Under the pieces are notes generated by a model. It had not been told where the DNA came from. It saw only the letters and a list, made by a program, of their open reading frames with translations, and made no database searches. From Alphaproteobacteria bacterium (GTDB lineage Bacteria > Pseudomonadota > Alphaproteobacteria > UBA9219 > RGZA01): a stretch of DNA of 64,000 nt. The stretch spans positions 5,974 through 69,973 of the forward strand of contig JAKFVN010000030.1 in assembly GCA_021732145.1 (NCBI GenBank), in the 5' to 3' direction. Positions 1-9,089 of this stretch are shown piece after piece (position 1 is the first letter of the stretch; the number at the start of each line of letters is the position of its first letter). A program made the position numbers and the translations under genes.

Positions 1-260
1 ATTTGATTAAGCTTTCTCTCGTCGTGCTTATACTGTTCGTTTAGAGGTTCAATTTGATTGGATTGGCCTTGGAGTGCTGAAATTTTGAGATTTCCATTCG
101 CATCGCGGCATACTTTTACTGGCTGTCCATGCATGGTTGTTTTGGCGCATTCGCCATTTATCAAATCATGATCTATTTCTTGGGCGCTTGCAGAGCTAAG
201 ACATGCAGCGCCAATTAATAAGCACAGAAATGCACTTGCTAAAGTTGGCCAATTAATCAT
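1..260 (-). CDS. Partial CDS (runs off window start, C-terminal part missing): secreted hypothetical protein; ATG at 260, N-terminus MINWPTLASAFLCLLIGAACLSSASAQE... looks like a signal peptide
   Basis: Hand translation of the minus strand from the ATG at 258-260 is open to position 1 with no stop. Hydrophobic N-terminal segment followed by AxA. Not in the ORF track because no stop falls inside the window. Confidence 0.4.
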   Translation of the reverse strand, partial: MINWPTLASAFLCLLIGAACLSSASAQEIDHDLINGECAKTTMHGQPVKVCRDANGNLKISALQGQSNQIEPLNEQYKHDERKLNQ

Positions 261-507
261 GGAGTTTCCAAGCGATGTTATTATGTAATAACTTATTGCT
301 TATTCAGTTATGCTCAGCACAAAAGCTTTATCATTAAGATTATTTGCAGAAGATTGATGAGCGAAATATTAATCCATTGATTTCAAGCTGTCACCCATTT
401 AGCTAAGCTAGACGATCCTCTAAATGACATCCTATACGGCAACTCGCGACAAAATGCTGAGACCCACCATCAATAAATGACTTGTAACTCTATGATTTTC
501 AAAAGAA

Positions 508-583
508 TGGCGACCCCTACGGGATTCGAACCCGTGTTACTACCGTGAAAGGGTAATGTCCTAGGCCTCTAGACGAAGGGGTC
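508..583 (-). tRNA. tRNA-Glu (anticodon TTC)
   Basis: Reverse complement reads GACCCCTTCGTCTAGAGGCCTAGGACATTACCCTTTCACGGTAGTAACACGGGTTCGAATCCCGTAGGGGTCGCCA. It folds as a cloverleaf with acceptor GACCCCT/AGGGGTC, anticodon loop CTTTCAC (UUC), TPsiC loop TTCGAAT and encoded CCA. It closely resembles the canonical bacterial tRNA-Glu. Confidence 0.85.
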
Positions 584-775
584 GTGAGGAGGCTTGTGCT
601 TTAAAGAGTGCATTGAATAATCGCTTACGCTGCATAAATCAAGCGGTTTAGCATCATGCTCCAAACCCTTTTAAAACGCGCATTAAACGGGGCTTTTGGC
701 GGGGTTTTTTACCGCTCCAAATCACCCATTTCGCCTTAAACGATTAATAAACCTTCTATAGGCAAAGCTTTTCCC

Positions 776-1510
776 ATGAGCGATGCCGATTTTCAGGAAC
801 AGCAGGAACAATTTGCCAAAGTCTTCACCCAAGTGGGGGATTTGGTGACGCCGCCGCGTTATTACGTGATGGGCGACAGTCACAGCCTGTTTTTCGCGGG
901 CGCTGAACAAGTTTTAGATACGCATACGGTCTTTGGCCCCATTCATCAGGGGGTGCGCGTGGTGCATATGGGCTCCGGCCTTGCAACATCACTTGCCAAA
1001 GCAGGTGGGCGAAATTTATCACGCGAGAAAATTGCCAAGGCGCTTCCGGAAGTCATGGCGAATGGCAACAAGCCCATCGTGCTGGTGTTTGGTGAAATGG
1101 ATTGCCGTTTTCACATTCGCCAGCGCGCACAGGCCGCTGGCAATGACACGGTGGATGGCTGGGCAATGTCTGCGCAGGTAACGGCGCTTCGTTATGTTTC
1201 ATTCGTGATGGAATTAAAACTCAACGGGTTCAAACCATTTGTCTATGCGCCGGTTGCCAGCACGCCGCGCCCGGCAGATACGCATCGGTATTTGACGATT
1301 GGCACGACGATGGAGCGCAATTGGCTGACCATTCAGTTCACCGGCATGCTGCGTGAATTATGCCGCGCACGCGGGATTGAAGTTATTTCGCTCATCGACA
1401 AACTGGTGGATGAAAAACTGAATACCGTGGCTGATTTTTCCAGTGATGATGTGCATTTAAGCCAGCGTTACTGGCCGTTATGGGAATCGCGCATTAACGG
1501 CCTTTTATAA
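776..1510 (+). CDS. SGNH/GDSL-like hydrolase family protein (hypothetical)
   Basis: The N-terminal MGDSHSLFF resembles SGNH block I, and DDVHL near the C-terminus resembles the block V DxxH motif. ATG start confirmed at 776. No other recognisable domain. Confidence 0.45.
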   Translation: MSDADFQEQQEQFAKVFTQVGDLVTPPRYYVMGDSHSLFFAGAEQVLDTHTVFGPIHQGVRVVHMGSGLATSLAKAGGRNLSREKIAKALPEVMANGNKPIVLVFGEMDCRFHIRQRAQAAGNDTVDGWAMSAQVTALRYVSFVMELKLNGFKPFVYAPVASTPRPADTHRYLTIGTTMERNWLTIQFTGMLRELCRARGIEVISLIDKLVDEKLNTVADFSSDDVHLSQRYWPLWESRINGLL

Positions 1511-1540
1511 TCGGTATTTTCGCGGCCCAAAACAGCGGCT

Positions 1541-2392
1541 ATGCTGTTTGCCATGTCTTTTGTCCCCAACGCATCAGCATCTGAAGAACCCGCGCCCGCA
1601 CTTGTGGAAACGCGGCGGCTGACCAAACGCTTTGGCGGTTTGCTGGCGGTTGATAATGTAAGTCTTGCGATTAAACCCAAGGCCATCACCGCCATTATCG
1701 GCCCCAATGGCGCGGGCAAGACTACGGTATTCAATTGCCTTACCGGATTTTACCGCCCGACTTCGGGAACGCTAACGGCTTACACCGGCACAGGCGGCGC
1801 AGCATTTGATTTGGCAAAACTTCCAACGCACCAGATTGGGGTAAAGGCTGGGCTTGCGCGCACATTCCAGAATATTCGTTTGTTCAAACGCCTGTCGGTT
1901 CTGGAAAACGCATTGGCGGGGCAGCATGTAGCGCTGATGAAAGCATCAGGCTTTAGCGTGGCAGGATTATTAAATTTGCCATCTTACCGCGCGGCGGAAC
2001 GCATGGCGGTTGAAAAAGCGCGGTTTTGGCTGGAAAAACTGAGGTTGATTGATTTGGCAGATGCAGAGGCGGGAAGCCTGCCATATGGCGCGCAGCGCCG
2101 TTTGGAAATCGCGCGCGCATTATGCATGGATCCAAAACTGTTGTGCCTTGATGAGCCAGCGGCAGGATTAAATCCGCAGGAATCCGGCGCGCTGGCGGAA
2201 TTTTTAAAATCGCTGCGCGATACGTTTGATTTATCCGTGCTGTTGATTGAACATGATATGAGCGTGGTCATGGGAATTTCCGACCATGTGATTGTGTTAG
2301 ATCACGGCGCGAAGATTGCCGAAGGCAGCGCAGCCGATGTTCGCGAAAACCCCGAGGTTATCAAAGCGTATTTGGGGGTGGATGAATGCTGA
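1541..2392 (+). CDS. livG: Branched-chain amino acid ABC transporter ATP-binding protein LivG
   Basis: Walker A GPNGAGKTT, ABC signature region and D-loop LDEPAAGL. The LivG-like C-terminal extension is present. It lies immediately upstream of a second ATPase and a Leu/Ile/Val-binding protein. Confidence 0.85.
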   Translation: MLFAMSFVPNASASEEPAPALVETRRLTKRFGGLLAVDNVSLAIKPKAITAIIGPNGAGKTTVFNCLTGFYRPTSGTLTAYTGTGGAAFDLAKLPTHQIGVKAGLARTFQNIRLFKRLSVLENALAGQHVALMKASGFSVAGLLNLPSYRAAERMAVEKARFWLEKLRLIDLADAEAGSLPYGAQRRLEIARALCMDPKLLCLDEPAAGLNPQESGALAEFLKSLRDTFDLSVLLIEHDMSVVMGISDHVIVLDHGAKIAEGSAADVRENPEVIKAYLGVDEC

Positions 2393-3111
2393 GTTTTAAA
2401 GACGTATCATCATCCTACGGCCCGGTTGATGTGCTGCATCATGTTAGTTTGGATGTGCAGCAGGGTGAAATCGTCACGCTGATTGGCGCAAATGGTGCAG
2501 GTAAAACAACATTATTGATGACGTTATGCGGTAACCCGCGCGCCAAAACCGGCCGCATTACGTTTGATGGCCGTGATATTACGAATTTGCCAACCGATGA
2601 AATCATGCGCGGGCGCATCGCCCATGTGCCCGAAGGCCGCCATATTTTTCCGCGTATGACCGTATTGGAAAATCTGCAACTGGGCGGGTATTTTGAAAGC
2701 GCAGTGCATAACGCGCAGGATTTGGAAAAAGTGTTTGCGCTGTTCCCGCGTTTGCAAGAACGCATGAAGCAAATTGCCGGAACATTATCGGGCGGGGAGC
2801 AGCAAATGCTGGCGCTGGGCCGCGCGATGATGTCTAGACCCGTTCTGCTGTTGCTGGACGAGCCATCGCTGGGCCTTGCGCCGCTGATTGTGAAGGATAT
2901 TTTCGAAAGCCTGAAGCGCTTGAATGAAACCGAGAAATTGACCATCTTTCTGGTCGAACAAAATGCCAATGCAGCTTTAAAACTGGCGCATAAAGGCCAT
3001 GTTCTGGTGGGAGGATGCATAACGATATCCGGCACCGGCCACGAATTACTTAATCACCCCGCAGTTCGCGCTGCGTATCTTGAAGGTCATCACGAAAGGA
3101 AGTCCGCATGA
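2386..3111 (+). CDS. livF: Branched-chain amino acid ABC transporter ATP-binding protein LivF
   Basis: Walker A GANGAGKTT and ABC signature LSGGEQQMLALGRA. Overlaps the livG stop by 4 nt (ATGA) and overlaps the next gene's start by 4 nt. Confidence 0.85.
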   Translation: MLSFKDVSSSYGPVDVLHHVSLDVQQGEIVTLIGANGAGKTTLLMTLCGNPRAKTGRITFDGRDITNLPTDEIMRGRIAHVPEGRHIFPRMTVLENLQLGGYFESAVHNAQDLEKVFALFPRLQERMKQIAGTLSGGEQQMLALGRAMMSRPVLLLLDEPSLGLAPLIVKDIFESLKRLNETEKLTIFLVEQNANAALKLAHKGHVLVGGCITISGTGHELLNHPAVRAAYLEGHHERKSA

Positions 3112-4268
3112 AAAGCATAAACAGTCATGCCCATGAAGATGGGCATCCACGGCAAACAACAAAAAAAATACTTGGTTATCTATCGTGGATCCCCGCCTTC
3201 GCGGGGATGACACTTTTATTTGTTTATCCAGCGCATGCCGATATTTCAATCGGTTTAATTGCGCCATTATCCGGCCAATATGCGGTGTTTGGCGAACAGA
3301 TTAAAAAAGGCGCTGAGCAGGCGGTGAAGAATATCAACGCGGCTGGCGGCGTTCTGGGCCAGCAATTGAAATTGGAAACTGCCGATGATGCGTGTGACCC
3401 CAAACAGGCAGTTGCTGCCGCTAACCAAATGGCCAGCAAGGGCGTGAAGTATGTGGTGGGGCATTATTGTTCGGGTTCCGCTATTCCATCATCCAAAGTG
3501 TTGATGGAAGAAAAGGTATTGCTGATTTCGCCAGGAGCAACCAACCCAAAATATACCGATGAAGGCAGTGATACCGTATTCCGCGTATGTGGCCGCGATG
3601 ATAAGCAGGGCGGCGTGATCGCGAATGAAATCATTGCGAAATATAAAGGTAAGAACATCGCGATATTGAATGATAAATCAGCCTATGGCCGCGGCCTCGC
3701 CGATGAAGTAAAGCGCGAATTGAACAAGGCAGGCATGACCGAAACCAAGTTTGAATCCTTTGCTGCGGGCGAAAAAGATTATTCGGCAATCGTCGCCAGC
3801 CTGAAGCAAGCCAATATCGATGTGGTGTTCATCGGCGGGTACCACACCGAAAGCGGGCTAATCACGCGCCAGCTTCGTGAAGCGGGCTCGAAAGCACAAG
3901 TCATTGGCGGCGATGCGCTGGTGACCAATGAATTCTGGTCAATTACAGGTAATGCAGGTGAGGGCGTTTTGATGACCTTTGGCCCAGACCCACGTAAAAA
4001 CCCTGATGCCAAAAGCGTAGTGGATGAATTCCACAAGCAAAATTATGAACCGGAAGGTTACACGCTTTATTCTTACGCATCCGTTCAGGTGTTTGCCGAT
4101 GCGATTAAAAAGGCAGGCGCGAATGAACCGGCCAAGGTGACGAAGGCGATGCATGCGGATAAATTCAAAACCGTATTGGGTGAAATCGGTTTTGATGCCA
4201 AGGGCGATGTGCTGGCGCCAGCCTATGTCATCTATATCTGGAAAAATGGAAAATACGCGGAGCGTTAA
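3108..4268 (+). CDS. livK: Leu/Ile/Val-binding periplasmic substrate-binding protein (LivK/LivJ family)
   Basis: The mature part (DISIGLIAPLSGQYAVFGEQIKKGAEQAV...GVKYVVGHYCSGS...) matches the type I periplasmic binding fold of LIV-binding proteins. Good SD (GAAAGGAAG) before the ATG at 3108. The N-terminal region is unusually long and contains a palindromic insertion. Confidence 0.8.
   Translation: MKSINSHAHEDGHPRQTTKKILGYLSWIPAFAGMTLLFVYPAHADISIGLIAPLSGQYAVFGEQIKKGAEQAVKNINAAGGVLGQQLKLETADDACDPKQAVAAANQMASKGVKYVVGHYCSGSAIPSSKVLMEEKVLLISPGATNPKYTDEGSDTVFRVCGRDDKQGGVIANEIIAKYKGKNIAILNDKSAYGRGLADEVKRELNKAGMTETKFESFAAGEKDYSAIVASLKQANIDVVFIGGYHTESGLITRQLREAGSKAQVIGGDALVTNEFWSITGNAGEGVLMTFGPDPRKNPDAKSVVDEFHKQNYEPEGYTLYSYASVQVFADAIKKAGANEPAKVTKAMHADKFKTVLGEIGFDAKGDVLAPAYVIYIWKNGKYAER
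3189..3208. repeat. REP-like GC-rich palindromic element (8-bp perfect inverted repeat ATCCCCGC-cttc-GCGGGGAT) embedded in the livK 5' coding region
   Basis: Seen directly in the sequence. It is translated as IPAFAGMT in the livK frame and as SPRRRGS on the opposite strand, which creates the spurious antisense ORF 3046..3267. Only one complete copy was noticed in this window. Confidence 0.4.
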
Positions 4269-4996
4269 GCTTTAGCTGCTTTCGTTTCTTCTGCTTCATC
4301 CAGCCATTCCTGCGCATAGGCGCAGTTGCGCATGTTTTCAAACCAAGGGCCGCCGCGTGTGTAGTGAACAATGCTGGGTTTGATTGATGGGTCGCTTGAC
4401 CCTTCGAGCCAGTTCCATGCGGTGGGCAATGCGCCGATTTCTTCGTCTTTCAGCCAGCAAAAGCGGTGTAAATCACGCCCCGGCACTTTGTTGATGAGTT
4501 CGGTGGTGAGGACTTCATTCGATGGATGGCCGGTATTAAACATCATCAGCGATGACCAGTTCTTGCGCGCATAGCGCACCTGCATCTGCGCATCCATCTT
4601 CACGGTTTCGGTGGGTTCATGGTGATGCTGCACGCACATCACGGCGTATTTCAAATCTGCGAGCGCGGCGAGCTTGGCAATATCATCCAGCCACAAGAAA
4701 TCACAATCGCAAAAGATTGCCCATTGGTTGTGCGGGTAAAGTTTTTTGGAAAGAAGCGGCGTTAAAAAACGGGAGATGGCGAATTCCGTGCTCATCGGCG
4801 CATCGGAAATCAAATCAAACATCTGGCCATTACGTTTGGAATAAAGCCGTGTGTAGAGTTTTTGCTGGCGCATCTCTAGCAATTTAATCGGCGCAATGTC
4901 GACGGGAATGCTGGCGCGTTTTTTTACCGAATGGACGCAAACCTGATAGGCTTCGTCTTCGCGGGGTTCATAGCCAATGAACAGGGATAAGGACAT
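4265..4996 (-). CDS. Putative glycosyltransferase, GT8-like (GT-A fold)
   Basis: DxD-like motif CDCDFLW and a C-terminal HYTRGGPW that resembles the GT8 H-x-x-G-x-K-P-W motif. ATG confirmed at 4996. Convergent with livK. Confidence 0.4.
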   Translation of the reverse strand: MSLSLFIGYEPREDEAYQVCVHSVKKRASIPVDIAPIKLLEMRQQKLYTRLYSKRNGQMFDLISDAPMSTEFAISRFLTPLLSKKLYPHNQWAIFCDCDFLWLDDIAKLAALADLKYAVMCVQHHHEPTETVKMDAQMQVRYARKNWSSLMMFNTGHPSNEVLTTELINKVPGRDLHRFCWLKDEEIGALPTAWNWLEGSSDPSIKPSIVHYTRGGPWFENMRNCAYAQEWLDEAEETKAAKA

Positions 4997-5083
4997 GGAA
5001 AGAATGCGTTAGAGGGGCTAGTAAAAGACTACAATCCATTTATATTATCATTGAGTTAAGATTTCTCTAGAGCCCATAAAACC

Positions 5084-5596
5084 ATGTCGCCGATCATCCT
5101 TCCTTATAAGGGCCTTATGCCCCAGATAGACAAAACCGCCTATATCGCGCCGGGCGCGGTGGTGGTGGGTGATGTGCATATTGGCGCGCAAAGCTCTGTC
5201 TGGTTTGGCTGCGTGCTGCGCGGTGATGTGAATGTTATCCGCGTGGGTGCGCGTACCAATATTCAGGATGGAACGATTGTACATGTGACCTATGGCGGGC
5301 AGGGTACGCATATTGGCGATGATGTGACGATTGGCCATCAGGCGCTTTTGCATGATTGCACATTGGAAAACCATTCCTTCATCGGCATGAAGGCAGCGGT
5401 GATTGATAAGGCGCGCGTGGAAAGTTTCGCGATGATTGGTGCCAACGCATTAGTCACGCAAAACAAGGTCGTGCCATCAAACCAGTTATGGGTTGGCAGC
5501 CCCGCCAAATACGCGCGCGATTTAAAGGACGAGGAAATCGCTGAAATCAAGCACCGCGCGGTGCATTATGTGAATATTGCCGCGAATTACCTGTAA
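5084..5596 (+). CDS. Gamma-class carbonic anhydrase family protein (hexapeptide-repeat, YrdA/PaaY-like)
   Basis: Left-handed beta-helix hexapeptide repeats (IAPGAVVVGDVHIGAQSSVWFGCVLRGD...) and conserved His residues. About 170 aa, typical of the family. Confidence 0.8.
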   Translation: MSPIILPYKGLMPQIDKTAYIAPGAVVVGDVHIGAQSSVWFGCVLRGDVNVIRVGARTNIQDGTIVHVTYGGQGTHIGDDVTIGHQALLHDCTLENHSFIGMKAAVIDKARVESFAMIGANALVTQNKVVPSNQLWVGSPAKYARDLKDEEIAEIKHRAVHYVNIAANYL

Positions 5597-5599
5597 TAA

Positions 5600-6070
5600 T
5601 CAGTCTTTTTTGTCTTTCGGCATTCGGTAGGCCGTGATGATCAGTGATGCCATGATCAATAGCAGACTGAGGAATTTTGCGGCGTGGTCAATCTGGCTCC
5701 AATAATTCACAAAGCCATAGAGCGTTGTTAAAACGCCGCCATAAATCATGCCCGCGCGCAGTTCAACCAATGGAACAAAAATAGCAATCAGGATAGCGGC
5801 TGTTCCAATCGGAACCATCGCGGAAAACATGGCGCGGTTGAAATCTTCCTTCACTAATCCTGCTACGCGTTGTTTTTCGCGGAAATCGGCCAGCGCAAGC
5901 TTGCGCGCAGCATCATCCGTTTTTTCTTTGCCAATGACAGTCACTGGCGGTGATGCAGGAACTTCTGGCGCGGGATAGAAGGTTAGAAAGCCAAAATAAA
6001 TCAGCATTGGAAAAATGACTGCGATACCAAATGTAATCGCGTGCTGCCGTAAACCCATGTGCATCTCCAT
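5600..6070 (-). CDS. Hypothetical membrane protein (3-4 predicted TM helices)
   Basis: Hydrophobic segments AITFGIAVIFPMLIYFGFL, MVPIGTAAILIAIFVPLV and LSLLLIMASLIITAY. The ORF track starts at a TTG (6091); I placed the start at the first in-frame ATG (6070). Start is uncertain. Confidence 0.4.
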   Translation of the reverse strand: MEMHMGLRQHAITFGIAVIFPMLIYFGFLTFYPAPEVPASPPVTVIGKEKTDDAARKLALADFREKQRVAGLVKEDFNRAMFSAMVPIGTAAILIAIFVPLVELRAGMIYGGVLTTLYGFVNYWSQIDHAAKFLSLLLIMASLIITAYRMPKDKKD

Positions 6071-6132
6071 TGATAAGTTTAAGCTTTCCAAAAGCCTATC
6101 GCTGTTGCCCCGATTCTATCAAACGATAAGCA

Positions 6133-6756
6133 TCAGGCGGGGGCGGTGGTTTCACCCTTGGGCTGAGGCTTGGTGGCATAGGGCCCATAAATGCCCGGCA
6201 CAAGCGGTACATCGTGAAGTGTTTCAAGCATGTAGTCGGAAAGATGTTTTGCCCGTGCAACATCAATGCCGGCAAGCCGCTGCACCAATGCATGAAGCAT
6301 TTCATAATAAAGCGGTACATCGGTGGGCGGGCTGGCTTCCAGTTGCTCGCTGGCAAGCAGCACGGTAGTTTTTTCAATATCTGCTGCATCAACCATGCTT
6401 ATGTATTTATGCGCGGCGGGCAGAATAACATCATCAAAGTTCAGGTAATCGATGGTTGCGCTATCGCATGTGATGTAGCTTTGCAGGGCTACGGTGATGG
6501 CTTCATAAGGGCTGATGGCGGCAACGCCATCCAGCAGCGCGGTGAAATATTCCGGAAATTTTTGGATATCCAAGCCATCCGCTTGCCGCTTGTCGGAATA
6601 ATTGAAATTCACAACCGTAAACAGCGCGAGCTTCATGTGGTGAATGTTGCTTGATGCAAGCGCTTCTTTCGTCATTTCTGCGGGCGATAGCCGCTTTAAT
6701 CCATAGGCGCCGATTTCTTGCGCCGCCTTTTTAAGATCAAGCGGTGTGGTGGCCAT
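6133..6756 (-). CDS. Hypothetical protein translationally coupled to phaC (possible PHA-associated protein)
   Basis: Its ATG at 6756 lies 1 nt after the phaC stop codon (6758-6760). 207 aa, no recognisable motif, no signal peptide. Confidence 0.5.
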   Translation of the reverse strand: MATTPLDLKKAAQEIGAYGLKRLSPAEMTKEALASSNIHHMKLALFTVVNFNYSDKRQADGLDIQKFPEYFTALLDGVAAISPYEAITVALQSYITCDSATIDYLNFDDVILPAAHKYISMVDAADIEKTTVLLASEQLEASPPTDVPLYYEMLHALVQRLAGIDVARAKHLSDYMLETLHDVPLVPGIYGPYATKPQPKGETTAPA

Positions 6757-6757
6757 G

Positions 6758-8602
6758 CTAATTGGCCTTTACGCGCACATAACTGCCGGGTGCGTCTTCA
6801 ATGGCATTTTCGGTTGGTTTGCGCGCGGGTACTTGTTCACCGGCATAATGGTTCAGCCATGAAACCCATTCCGGCCACCATGAGCCGTCATGCTTCACCG
6901 TTGCACCCATCCACATATCCGGGCTTTTGGGCAGGCGCGGGTTCGTCCAGTAATTATACTTGTTGGCGGATGCGGGGTTCACAACGCCCGCAATATGCCC
7001 CGATGCGGATAATGTGAAACGCACCTTGTTATTATCAAGGGCACCCTTCATCAGCAGCGTGCCTGCATAGGTTGATTTCCACGGGGAGATGTGATCTTCG
7101 CGCGTGGAAAGGAAAAACGCGGGCGTATCAATCTGCGTTAAATCAATCACGGTGTTTTTCAGCTGCATCTGGCCTTTGACCAGTTTGTTTTGCTGATACA
7201 TTTCGCGCAGGTAAAAGCTGTGCATGCTGGCGGGCATCCGGGTTGAATCCGAGTTCCAATACAATAAATCAAACGGGAAGGGTTCCTTGCCCATCAGATA
7301 ATTATTCACAACGAATGACCAGATCAAGTCATTGGCGCGCAGCATGTTGAAGGTGGCGGCCATTGCATTGGCATCAAGGAAGCCTTGCGCATTCATGCGT
7401 TCTTCCATCGCCTGCAATTGCTCATCATCAATGAATACCGATAATTCGCCAGCCTCCGCAAAATCGAGCATGGTCACAAGATAGGTGGCACAGGCAACGG
7501 CGGGTAGTTTGGCTTTCTCATTCGGATGCTTGGAAAGATAGGCGAGCATGCAGGCCAGCAACGTGCCGCCCAGGCAATAACCGACGATATTCACGTTGTC
7601 TTCGCCCGTGATGTTGGCGATTTCCTTCATTGCCGCCATTGGGCCTTCGGTCATGTAATCTTCGAATGATTTGTTCGAGAGGCTTTCATCAGGGTTCACC
7701 CATGAGATGATGAATACCGTGTGGCCTTGCTCCAAGCAGTATTTGACGTAGGATTTTTTTTCGCCCAAATCGAGTATGTAGTATTTGTTAATCCAGGGTG
7801 GGATAATGAGCAGGGGCGTTGCGAACACATTTTCGGTCAGCGGCGAATACTGGATGAGCTGCATCAAATCATTCTGGTAAACGACCTTGCCCTTGGTGGT
7901 GGCCAGATTGCGCCCGACTTCAAAGGCTTTTTCATCGGTCATGGCGATTTTCAATTCGCCATTGCCGCGTTCTAAGTCGTTCAGCAGGTTTTCAAGGCCT
8001 TTAATCAGGTTTTCACCGCCCGTTTCAACCGTGCGCTGAATGACATCGGGGTTGGTCATTAAAAAATTGCTGGGCGAAATCGCATCAACAAACTGGCGCG
8101 TGTAAAAATCAACCTTGCGCGCGGTTTTATCATCCAGCCCCTTGGTTTCACGCACCGTGTTTTGCAGCCAGCGCGCGGAGAGCAGGTAGGATTGCTTGAT
8201 GTAGTCAAACACTGTTCCTTCATTCCAGCCTGCGCCCTGAAAGCGGCGGTCGTTCTGCGCAGGCGTGATGACGGGTTGTACATGCTGTTCACCCATGAAG
8301 CGCATCGCGGTTGCGTTCCACAATTTCAGATAATCCTGCCACAGGTTGATGCTCGCCGTAATCAGCTTGTCCGGGTTTTGCATCATCGCCTGTGTTAGAT
8401 CGAGGAACGCGGCAGAGATATTTGCAAGTTCCATCTGGCTGGCATGGGTCTTGTTTTCCTGCTGGCGTTCCAGAAATTCACGCATCAATCGCTGGCTATG
8501 CTCGCCAATGCGTATCATGGCCTTGGCCAGTTCCACGGGGTCTGGAACCTTAACTTCGTCTTTGTTTTCGGAAGAGGATGGCTTGGTTTTCTTGGTTGTC
8601 AT
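6758..8602 (-). CDS. phaC: Class I poly(3-hydroxyalkanoate) synthase PhaC
   Basis: 614 aa alpha/beta-hydrolase synthase with the lipase-box GYCLGG (catalytic Cys). Conserved Asp/His region and N-terminal domain typical of class I PhaC. Confidence 0.9.
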   Translation of the reverse strand: MTTKKTKPSSSENKDEVKVPDPVELAKAMIRIGEHSQRLMREFLERQQENKTHASQMELANISAAFLDLTQAMMQNPDKLITASINLWQDYLKLWNATAMRFMGEQHVQPVITPAQNDRRFQGAGWNEGTVFDYIKQSYLLSARWLQNTVRETKGLDDKTARKVDFYTRQFVDAISPSNFLMTNPDVIQRTVETGGENLIKGLENLLNDLERGNGELKIAMTDEKAFEVGRNLATTKGKVVYQNDLMQLIQYSPLTENVFATPLLIIPPWINKYYILDLGEKKSYVKYCLEQGHTVFIISWVNPDESLSNKSFEDYMTEGPMAAMKEIANITGEDNVNIVGYCLGGTLLACMLAYLSKHPNEKAKLPAVACATYLVTMLDFAEAGELSVFIDDEQLQAMEERMNAQGFLDANAMAATFNMLRANDLIWSFVVNNYLMGKEPFPFDLLYWNSDSTRMPASMHSFYLREMYQQNKLVKGQMQLKNTVIDLTQIDTPAFFLSTREDHISPWKSTYAGTLLMKGALDNNKVRFTLSASGHIAGVVNPASANKYNYWTNPRLPKSPDMWMGATVKHDGSWWPEWVSWLNHYAGEQVPARKPTENAIEDAPGSYVRVKAN

Positions 8603-8678
8603 GACATATTAATAAATGGGCTTGCAACGCGGGCTCAGCGCGGGCATTTTATATGCCTTCTTTAGGAAAAACAACGAG

Positions 8679-9089
8679 ATGCGACTTTTAGTTCAACTAT
8701 TTTTTGGGATGCTGCTTTTGTTCCTTGCAGCCTGTGCGGATACGGAATGGCCGCAATGGATTAGCGGCGAGCCGACCAAGGAACAACTGGACGCATATAA
8801 AGGCCCCATTCCGATGCCGGATAGCAAGACGGAAGGGAAGTCATGGCCCAATCTGGCGGATGTTCCTGCGCGCCCGAAAGTGATTTTGGCAGAACCGCAA
8901 AAGGACGCTCTCGTTGCCGAAATGAAAGAAGAAAATGCTGCGGGCTTAGCGGAGATTAAGGCATATAATGCCGCCAACCCGTCAATTGTAAAACCAATTG
9001 CAAAGCCAGTGATTAAGCCAGCGCCCAAACCGGTTGTAAAAAAAGTTGTAAAGAAGAAGAAAAAAAAGAAAGCAGACCCTAATGAGTAA
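8679..9089 (+). CDS. Lipoprotein with Lys-rich C-terminal tail (hypothetical)
   Basis: MRLLVQLFFGMLLLFLAAC has a lipobox L-A-A-C. The C-terminus is PAPKPVVKKVVKKKKKKK. The ORF track begins at 8616, which is also possible; the start was chosen so that the signal peptide is N-terminal. Its 3' end overlaps the hom start. Confidence 0.5.
   Translation: MRLLVQLFFGMLLLFLAACADTEWPQWISGEPTKEQLDAYKGPIPMPDSKTEGKSWPNLADVPARPKVILAEPQKDALVAEMKEENAAGLAEIKAYNAANPSIVKPIAKPVIKPAPKPVVKKVVKKKKKKKADPNE

Noticed and set aside
2439-3035. Long antisense ORFs inside well-supported genes. Examples: 2439..3035 within livF, 10225..10977 within hom/glpX, 12275..12694 within recJ, 26575..27123 within the DAHP synthase gene, 48920..49543 within der, 52436..52849 within purF, 58909..59334 within mlaF.
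   Set aside because: They overlap genes with strong family signatures on the opposite strand. Their translations are low-complexity (Ala/Arg/Ser/Pro-rich), as expected from the GC-rich third positions of the real genes. None has an SD or conserved motif.
3046-3267. Minus-strand ORF translating ...SSPRRRGSTIDN... across the livF/livK junction.
   Set aside because: It is produced by the palindromic REP-like element being read on the opposite strand, and it lies antisense to the livK start.
8616-8678. Upstream ATG (8616) for the Lys-tailed lipoprotein, giving a 21-aa extension before the signal peptide.
   Set aside because: With that start, the hydrophobic core and lipobox would sit too far from the N-terminus for a Sec/Lol lipoprotein. 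The ATG at 8679 places MRLLVQLFFGMLLLFLAAC at the N-terminus. The upstream start cannot be excluded.
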